Shown piece by piece: positions 26,523-32,000 of a stretch of 32,000 nt of DNA. The notes below the pieces were generated by a model, which saw only the letters and a program-made list of their open reading frames with translations, made no database searches and had not been told where the DNA came from. Origin of the DNA: Methylophaga frappieri (GTDB lineage Bacteria > Pseudomonadota > Gammaproteobacteria > Nitrosococcales > Methylophagaceae); assembly GCF_000260965.1 (NCBI RefSeq), contig NC_017856.1, positions 1,500,001 through 1,532,000 on the forward strand, given 5' to 3'. How positions within the stretch are numbered: position 1 is the stretch's first letter; each line of letters begins with the position of its first letter. A program made the translations under genes and the position numbers.

Positions 26523-28029
26523 GAGATCGCCATCCGTCCACGAGATCACCCGTGTAGACGTCACTCGTATCCACCATTACTCCCGCAATCCCCGCCGGCA
26601 GCAGAACCCGGAATACGATCGAATAAAGGCGTCGATCCAGGCTGAAGGCCTGGATCAACCATTGGTGCTATCACAGGAGCCGGGGGCTGCTGATTATGTG
26701 CTCCACAGTGGCGGCAATACACGGCTGAGGATACTGAAGGAGCTTTTGGACGAAACCGGCGATGAGCGATTTCGCTGGATCGATTGCGTCGTCAAGCCCT
26801 GGTCGCAGGAGTCCAATGTACTTTTTGCCCACCTCCGGGAAAACGAATTGCGCGGCGGTTTGCCTTTCATCGATAAAGCGTTGGCCGTATTCGAAGCAAA
26901 GTCTCTCCTCGAAAGCGAGATGGAGGTTGAGAGCCTGTCTCAGCGCCAACTGGAAGAGCTGTTCAGAGAGCGAGGTTTCGGGCTCAGCCACAGCATGATT
27001 TCCAAAATGGGATATGCCGTTGAGACCTTGTGGCCATTGATGCCAAAAGCCTTAGCTGCCGGATTGGGTCGACCACAGGTGGAAAAGATCCGAGCCCTTG
27101 AACGCGCTGCCCGAGCGATCTGGGATCGTCGCCAATTGGGGGATAACACCGTCTTCGATGCGATCTTTGCCGAGTTGTGTCGCCGTTATGATGGCGCCGA
27201 ATGGGACATTCAGCCACTGCGCGATGCATTGGAAAATGAGATCGCCGTGGAGTCCGAACTGAATCGCCAGGTGATTCATCTGGAGATGGAGGCACAACTA
27301 TCGGGCCGCGCATTCAGCCTTCCCGCTCATACCGAAGAGGTTACAGAGCCGGGGGCGGACAGGGACCCGGAACACCCGGAGCATTCTGATAGTGGGCCGC
27401 CATCGAATACGACGACATTGGAAAAGCAGCCCGCTGACATCGATTCACCGGCGAGTGGTCATGACAAAAGCAAAGACCAACCGAACATGCCGGCTGAGTT
27501 GACCTCTGCGCCGAATTCCCAAAAAGGTGGTCAGCAAAGAAATCTTGAGGTTTTGCGGAGCCAGTTGTGGGACTGCGCAGTAACCCTGGCGACATCCCAC
27601 GGACTGCACGAGACAGTCATTCATCTGCCGGATCAGGGCTTGGGCTTTCTGCTGATTGATGTGCCTTCACCGGAGCTGCGGGAATCCCTTGACCAGGACA
27701 TGCTGGATTTAGTGTCCGCACTCTGGTGGCAGTTGGCTGCGAGCTCAGAGTTGACCGTCGCTCCCACGGACATTGTCCTGGCCTACCTGGATAAAGACTC
27801 GTCCCTATACCAGGCCTTGGCATCCCATGATGCCGGTCTGCTCTTTGGCAGTGTCTGGACGCCTGATCCCGGCCATCTCAACAGCCAGCTCTGGCAGCAA
27901 TTGAACCCGCCAGACTGGCAGCGTTTGCTGCAAATGATGGAGTCCTACCGGAGCATTAAACGGTTAGCCTTCGATACTGGGGTCGAGCTTTGGGCGCAAC
28001 AAGGAGGTGAAAGCGATGTCGTCCAATAA
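26512..28029 (+). CDS. ICE-type ParB-like N-terminal domain protein (PFGI-1-class ParB / BisD-like)
   Basis: ParB/Srx-type N-terminus (ITRVDVTRIHHYSRNPR...IKASIQAEGLDQPLVL...YVLHSGGNTRLRILKEL), a long acidic/Pro-rich linker and a C-terminal domain. ATG 26512 follows AGGTGG and overlaps the cro-like stop by 11 nt. Confidence 0.85.
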   Translation: MTPERSPSVHEITRVDVTRIHHYSRNPRRQQNPEYDRIKASIQAEGLDQPLVLSQEPGAADYVLHSGGNTRLRILKELLDETGDERFRWIDCVVKPWSQESNVLFAHLRENELRGGLPFIDKALAVFEAKSLLESEMEVESLSQRQLEELFRERGFGLSHSMISKMGYAVETLWPLMPKALAAGLGRPQVEKIRALERAARAIWDRRQLGDNTVFDAIFAELCRRYDGAEWDIQPLRDALENEIAVESELNRQVIHLEMEAQLSGRAFSLPAHTEEVTEPGADRDPEHPEHSDSGPPSNTTTLEKQPADIDSPASGHDKSKDQPNMPAELTSAPNSQKGGQQRNLEVLRSQLWDCAVTLATSHGLHETVIHLPDQGLGFLLIDVPSPELRESLDQDMLDLVSALWWQLAASSELTVAPTDIVLAYLDKDSSLYQALASHDAGLLFGSVWTPDPGHLNSQLWQQLNPPDWQRLLQMMESYRSIKRLAFDTGVELWAQQGGESDVVQ

Positions 28030-28618
28030 GGAAGCCGACCTCACCACCGCCGTGCTGTTGTACGCCATGCGATGTCTGGCAGAGGGGGATCAGCAGGCAT
28101 TGCGCGCCATGAACTTTGGCCCCAAAGAACTGGACGCCCTGAAAGAGATGAATCTGGCCGATCTCTATCGGGCCGATGCACTGCGTGTGCACTGTCTGCA
28201 GATTGGTCTCAATCGTGATGTTTTTTGGCCGATGCTCGATCACCTGCGTCATCAGCGGGAATCTGAGGATCTCCAGCGAACATTGCTGGTCGCGGACGCA
28301 CCGTTAGAGATGATGCAGCAGCTGTTTGGTGTGAGTTCTCGGGAGTACACGCGATGGCGCCGATTGTTGACGCTGGCGCCGGCCGTGGGCCGGCCTCCCG
28401 AACTGAATGAAACCGATACCCACGCGCTCTGGTATGCCTGGCAGGATAAGGTTCAGGCGGATGACAAATCCACATTAACTGCAGAGGACTATCTCGACCT
28501 ACAGCAACAGACAGGCATTGGATTGCGATCGATTTGGGCGCTGGTGCAGCGTTGGGAAACCTACGGTGAGGGAAGCAGTGCCGCGACGTCCGGGCGGGTT
28601 GTCGAGAATGGCCCATGA
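28016..28618 (+). CDS. DUF2857 protein (STY4526/YPO1902 family pathogenicity-island protein; BisC-like)
   Basis: LLYAMRCLAEGDQQALRAMNFGPKELDALKEMNLADLYR...MMQQLFGVSSREYTRWRRLL matches my recollection of this family. ATG 28016 follows AAGGAGGTG and overlaps the ParB-like stop by 14 nt. Confidence 0.75.
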   Translation: MSSNKEADLTTAVLLYAMRCLAEGDQQALRAMNFGPKELDALKEMNLADLYRADALRVHCLQIGLNRDVFWPMLDHLRHQRESEDLQRTLLVADAPLEMMQQLFGVSSREYTRWRRLLTLAPAVGRPPELNETDTHALWYAWQDKVQADDKSTLTAEDYLDLQQQTGIGLRSIWALVQRWETYGEGSSAATSGRVVENGP

Positions 28619-29864
28619 TGCGGATGCGCTGCGACCAGAAACTGTTGCTCTCGACGCTTTAATCAAGGCAACTGTTGCCAAGGTTCGTGCCCAGAGTGAT
28701 CCATCGTTACCGGATGCCATGTTGTTCATGGGGAATTGGCATCAGGCCGTGCCGGCCATGGTCATCCAGGACCCGGTGTTGGAACCCGTCGATAAACTGG
28801 TATGGATGGTTATCATGCTCCATGCCAGAGAGACTGGAGGACGAACGGCGTTTCCCGATTACGATACCATTGCGGCTAAAACTAACGTTTCCTCAACCTC
28901 CACTGTCTCTCGTGCTATTGCCATTCTGCGCTTGACGCGTTGGCTAACGCTGTGTGCCAGAGTGCGTCAAAAAAGCGGCCGTTTCACCGGCAATGTCTAC
29001 AGTCTTCACGATGAACCCCTGCCTCTGGTCGATGCCCTGTACCTGGATGAGTCCTACATGGCATTCGTTACCCAATCCCAGGAGCATCATCACGCCCGCG
29101 TCCGGCGCGTGGCGCAAGCTGTGTTGGAGAGTCTGGATAAGGATATTCAGGAAGGCGAGTCGTTAGGACGGAAGGAGTCAACTATTGAGCGTCGACTGCA
29201 GGCCGCCCAACAATTGTCAGTTTCCAGCGGAAACCACGGCAACAGCGGTCGTTATTTTACCTTTCACGCCGCGACCATCGGGAAACTGAAAAATTCGTCC
29301 GGGGCCTGCGCATCAGCACAATCCGTCCAGGACCAAAATTCAAAGGCGGAGGCTAAGGAACACTACAGTAGTCGTTGTAGTAGTCATTATAAAAAAACAA
29401 CTACAACAACCACTACACAAAATACAAACCATGAAGAGAAAACATTTTCTGAATCCAATCCATCAGTCCCGTCGGTGACAGAGCGAGCGCTGATCTATCC
29501 GCCGCGCTTGTCGGAGAACCAGAAACACCTGGCGGACAGGTATCTTGCCATGATCGATCTTGATGATCGGCAGTTGGTGCTCGACGAACTTCAGGGTCGT
29601 CTGGAGTCTGAGCAAAAAGGCATGAAGCCGGTTTATGACGAGCTGCGATTCTTGCATTCGCTGTGCAAGGCGGCACAACAAGGCGAATTTGTGCCCAACC
29701 TCGGGATCAAGGTGGCCGAGGCAAGACAAGATCGGGCACATCACGTACCACCGCCAGAAAACGAAGAACAGAAAACTAAAGCGGCTGAAGAGCGAGCACG
29801 AAACCAAGCCTATGGGCGTGAGCAGCTGGCCAAGTTACGAGCATCATTGAATATGGATAAATAG
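28608..29864 (+). CDS. STY4528-family pathogenicity-island replication protein (winged-helix N-terminus)
   Basis: VIQDPVLEPVDKLVWMVIMLHARETGGRTAFPDYDTIAAKTNVSSTSTVSRAIAILRLTRWLTL is the typical conserved N-terminal region. ATG 28608 overlaps the upstream stop by 11 nt. The centre has a poly-Thr low-complexity segment. Confidence 0.78.
   Translation: MAHDADALRPETVALDALIKATVAKVRAQSDPSLPDAMLFMGNWHQAVPAMVIQDPVLEPVDKLVWMVIMLHARETGGRTAFPDYDTIAAKTNVSSTSTVSRAIAILRLTRWLTLCARVRQKSGRFTGNVYSLHDEPLPLVDALYLDESYMAFVTQSQEHHHARVRRVAQAVLESLDKDIQEGESLGRKESTIERRLQAAQQLSVSSGNHGNSGRYFTFHAATIGKLKNSSGACASAQSVQDQNSKAEAKEHYSSRCSSHYKKTTTTTTTQNTNHEEKTFSESNPSVPSVTERALIYPPRLSENQKHLADRYLAMIDLDDRQLVLDELQGRLESEQKGMKPVYDELRFLHSLCKAAQQGEFVPNLGIKVAEARQDRAHHVPPPENEEQKTKAAEERARNQAYGREQLAKLRASLNMDK
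29362..29416. repeat. AT-rich inverted repeat / ACTAC-GTAGT pentamer cluster embedded in the STY4528-family gene
   Basis: GTAGTCGTTGTAGTAGT (29368-29384) pairs with ACTACAACAACCACTAC (29400-29416) at 15/17 positions across a 15-nt A-rich loop (cattataaaaaaaca). A further ACTAC-a-GTAGT palindrome lies at 29362-29372. Confidence 0.5.
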
Positions 29865-30042
29865 CGCGACCGCCCGTTATCACACGTGATGTGACATATC
29901 TCCGTCGTTACTTCCCTGCACTGTTTCCACTGGAACCATCTGATCGCAGCAACGCAAAACACTGCACCAGTCGGATGGATATTCCGTGGTGCCATTTTCC
30001 CATTCGTGGATTCATAGCACGTCAGAGTTGATCTTGAAGGGA

Positions 30043-30792
30043 ATGACGCAAATGAATTCAGACGCAGAACAGTCACACGAGAATACAGCTGAAAATCAAA
30101 ACGAGTCAGTGCCAGGCGCCCTGCAGGGTGAAGTCTGGTTGACGATTCAGACCTATCAGGCTCAGAGCCTGATCCGCGGCCGCCGTGCAGCCGATGGCAA
30201 GCCTGCCATTATGGGATTGATCGGTTTTGCAGATCGGCTGAAGTCGCTATGGCAGGCCGTCCGCTTCGACGACCCTTATGCCGACTGGTGGTTGCTCAAA
30301 GTGGAAGAGGGCGTTGCCGATATCCGCGCACAGCTGCAGGGATTGCAGCAAAGGATGGACGCCCTTATCACTGAATCCAACAGTGCTCTCGAATTCAGCG
30401 TCGCACAATCGAGTCGACCACAGCGCGTATCGTTACAGTTCGCCAATCCCTACGCCTTCCGCGCTGCACAGTTGCTGGGTGAGTACGACCGGTTGATGTG
30501 CGCAGACATGACGTTGCATTACTTAGGTCTCGACATGCCCACTGACCTCATTGAGCAGGTGTCGGGTAGTGGGCGATGGGTGCGCCGGGTGTTTGCGTTG
30601 CCCCAGGGGTATCACTGCCTGGACGTTCGTCGCTCCGATATCCGGCAAGGAACACCGGCAGCCATCAAAGCGAGAGAGCGGATGGGCGAGATTCCCCAGG
30701 ACATCCTCAATGGTGAGCGGTTGCCGTCTCTGCGTCCCCTGGCATTTCAACAGCTGAATAACAACGCCATCGCAGATTCTGACGAGGGCTGA
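30043..30792 (+). CDS. PFL_4669-family integrating conjugative element protein (TIGR03761-like)
   Basis: The position after the STY4528-family gene, and sequence such as AIMGLIGFADRLKSLWQAVRFDDPYADWWLLKVEEG, fit my recollection of this ICE family. ATG 30043 follows AAGGGA. The track start GTG 29986 is less likely. Confidence 0.7.
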   Translation: MTQMNSDAEQSHENTAENQNESVPGALQGEVWLTIQTYQAQSLIRGRRAADGKPAIMGLIGFADRLKSLWQAVRFDDPYADWWLLKVEEGVADIRAQLQGLQQRMDALITESNSALEFSVAQSSRPQRVSLQFANPYAFRAAQLLGEYDRLMCADMTLHYLGLDMPTDLIEQVSGSGRWVRRVFALPQGYHCLDVRRSDIRQGTPAAIKARERMGEIPQDILNGERLPSLRPLAFQQLNNNAIADSDEG

Positions 30793-30797
30793 ACGCC

Positions 30798-31193
30798 GTG
30801 GCCACCAGCACGCTTCAGCAGCTTGTCATCTCGCTCGATACGCGAATTCCACTCGAAGCGATGGTGCTTCAGCGTTTACGCCGCCTGCCTAACAGCAGAC
30901 AAAACGAGTGGTTGCGGCAGCTGTTGCTGGTGGGATTTCGAAGCGAGTGTCAGGCCATCCGATCTGAGCAAGCGCTGCCGGCACACGCAATGCCTATGAG
31001 CCAGCCGTGTACATCCACCCAGATAAACGGAAGTCGCGGAGCGGGTTCCGTCCAGCCGCGAACAACCGAGACGATGCTCGATCACGCTGCGCGGTCACCT
31101 GGCAGCTCACACAACAGCGAACGCGCCAGGCTTGCTCCCCCAAACGACACCAGAAAACCCTTTACGCACCTGAGACGAGTGATCGGTGAGTAA
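30798..31193 (+). CDS. Hypothetical protein, possible ribbon-helix-helix N-terminus with disordered tail
   Basis: 131-aa GTG-start ORF. The N-terminus QQLVISLDTRIPLEAMVLQRLRRLPNSRQNEWLRQLLLVGF has a beta-alpha-alpha pattern and the C-terminal half is S/P/R/T-rich. I recognise no family. Confidence 0.4.
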   Translation: MATSTLQQLVISLDTRIPLEAMVLQRLRRLPNSRQNEWLRQLLLVGFRSECQAIRSEQALPAHAMPMSQPCTSTQINGSRGAGSVQPRTTETMLDHAARSPGSSHNSERARLAPPNDTRKPFTHLRRVIGE

Positions 31194-31225
31194 AGACGTC
31201 TAACCCCGATATCAGGAATCGCACC

Positions 31226-32000
31226 ATGACAGAACTGACCGATGAGAAATTTTCTGACGAAGACAAACCTCCCGTGACCACTCATCCCATGGCGGTTGGG
31301 CAGGTGGGTCTCGATGACGGCTATGCCTATACCAAAGTGGCGTTACCGGATGGTCGCCTCCTGGCGGTGCCTTCGCGGGCACGCATGGGATCGGCCGGTG
31401 TCACCTGGATACGGGATGAGGAACAGAAAATTTTTGAGTACGAAACCGGTGGCAGTGTGTATTCCGTCGGTGCGGTCGATGGTGAGCCCACTCAATTCGA
31501 TGAATACCCGGGCTCGGCCCTGAATCGGGTGATCGTCCAGCATGCACTGCAACAGGCGGGTTTGTCGGGCCGATCCGTCCATGTGGTGACGGGGTTGCCG
31601 GTCTCCGCCTTTTACCGCAACGATGGTCAGCAACGACGACGAGCGATCCAGGCAAAAAGGGAGGGTTTGAAATTGGCGGTTGAGCCTGTTGTTGCCAGAA
31701 AAGCATCGCAAAGGGCAGCGCAACAGGGGCTCCTAAAGGTGAGCATCGCCTTTCATGAAGTTATTCCGGAGGCGCTGGCTGCCTGGTACGACTATGTGAT
31801 TGTTATGACCGATGATGATGGTGTGACGTTGGACGCGGATCGGGTCAACGCGCCCATCGCCATTGTCGATATCGGTGGCCGCACCACGGATTATGTGGTG
31901 GTCCAGGACCAGGGCATTGTGCATGGTTCCTCCGGCTCTCTGAATCGCGGCATGCTGAACGTCAAGATTCGCGTGGCGAACCGTATACAGGAACAGTTCG
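31226..32000 (+). CDS. ParM/StbA-family actin-like segregation ATPase (5' partial, runs off the window)
   Basis: I translated this by hand from ATG 31226 and found no stop through 32000, which is why it is absent from the ORF track. Actin-fold phosphate motifs are VGLDDGYAYTK and IAIVDIGGRTTDY, plus VVTGLPVSAF. Confidence 0.85.
   Translation, partial: MTELTDEKFSDEDKPPVTTHPMAVGQVGLDDGYAYTKVALPDGRLLAVPSRARMGSAGVTWIRDEEQKIFEYETGGSVYSVGAVDGEPTQFDEYPGSALNRVIVQHALQQAGLSGRSVHVVTGLPVSAFYRNDGQQRRRAIQAKREGLKLAVEPVVARKASQRAAQQGLLKVSIAFHEVIPEALAAWYDYVIVMTDDDGVTLDADRVNAPIAIVDIGGRTTDYVVVQDQGIVHGSSGSLNRGMLNVKIRVANRIQEQF

Larger units (their letters stand above)
23485..32000. mobile_element. Left end of a guaA-adjacent integrative (probably conjugative) element of the SPI-7/PAPI-1/ICEclc (PFGI-1 class) family; it continues beyond the window
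   Basis: A tyrosine integrase lies directly after a housekeeping gene, and the composition becomes more GC-rich by eye. ICE signature genes are present: ParB-like with GGNTRL, DUF2857/STY4526 family, STY4528 family, PFL_4669 family and ParM-like. The exact attL position is not determinable without attR. Confidence 0.75.

Noticed and set aside
26254-26658. 134-aa minus-strand ORF and the 26410-26511 N-terminal extension of the ParB-like ORF.
   Set aside because: They are antisense to, or overlap, the cro-like and ParB-like genes. ATG 26512 has a good RBS and gives a family-typical N-terminus.
29391-29397. A7 homopolymer inside the STY4528-family gene, considered as a frameshift or pseudogene site.
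   Set aside because: The reading frame is intact through the run and continues for about 150 more codons with sensible sequence. There is no evidence of disruption.
31343-31723. 126-aa and 101-aa minus-strand ORFs, and the 75-aa plus-strand ORF at 31296-31523.
   Set aside because: All overlap the hand-translated ParM-like frame, which has clear actin-fold motifs. Their translations are Arg/Pro-rich shadow sequences typical of GC-rich DNA.

Overview
The window has two parts. Positions 1 to about 23,500 look like ordinary gammaproteobacterial chromosome, judged by gene content. It encodes chrA, several small accessory genes (SEC-C motif protein, MmcQ/YjbR, an orphan DUF2235 hydrolase, an SDR, a membrane-protein/XRE pair), rnk plus a TraR/DksA zinc-finger gene, and prlC. 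These are followed by a PlcP-like metallophosphoesterase/GT4 glycosyltransferase pair (a phosphate-stress lipid-remodelling type operon) and mlaA. Next is the conserved envelope block kdsD-kdsC-lptC-lptA-lptB, in which LptA carries an extra C-terminal SH3b domain. Then come a hybrid sensor kinase where rpoN would be expected, xseA, guaB and guaA.

Immediately after the guaA terminator the composition becomes visibly more GC-rich and the left end of an integrative element begins. It encodes a P4-type tyrosine integrase preceded by five ATGGTAT arm-type repeats, then a convergent AlpA-type excisionase/regulator. A lambda-like divergent switch follows: an S24-peptidase CI/LexA-type repressor against a Cro/YdaS-like gene. 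Next is a translationally coupled operon of ParB-like, DUF2857 (STY4526/YPO1902 family) and STY4528-family proteins. The window ends with a PFL_4669-family protein, a possible RHH-like ORF and a ParM/StbA actin-like ATPase that runs off the window and is missing from the ORF track.

These are signature genes of the SPI-7/PAPI-1/ICEclc (PFGI-1 class) ICE family. The most interesting signal is a repeated TTAGCA-N3-TGCTAA palindrome. It occurs both in the cI/cro intergenic region and upstream of alpA. This suggests one cleavable repressor gates both excision and the ParB-like/DUF2857 (BisD/BisC-like) module, a control layout I do not recognise as described for this ICE family. I saw no rRNA, tRNA, CRISPR array or IS element.
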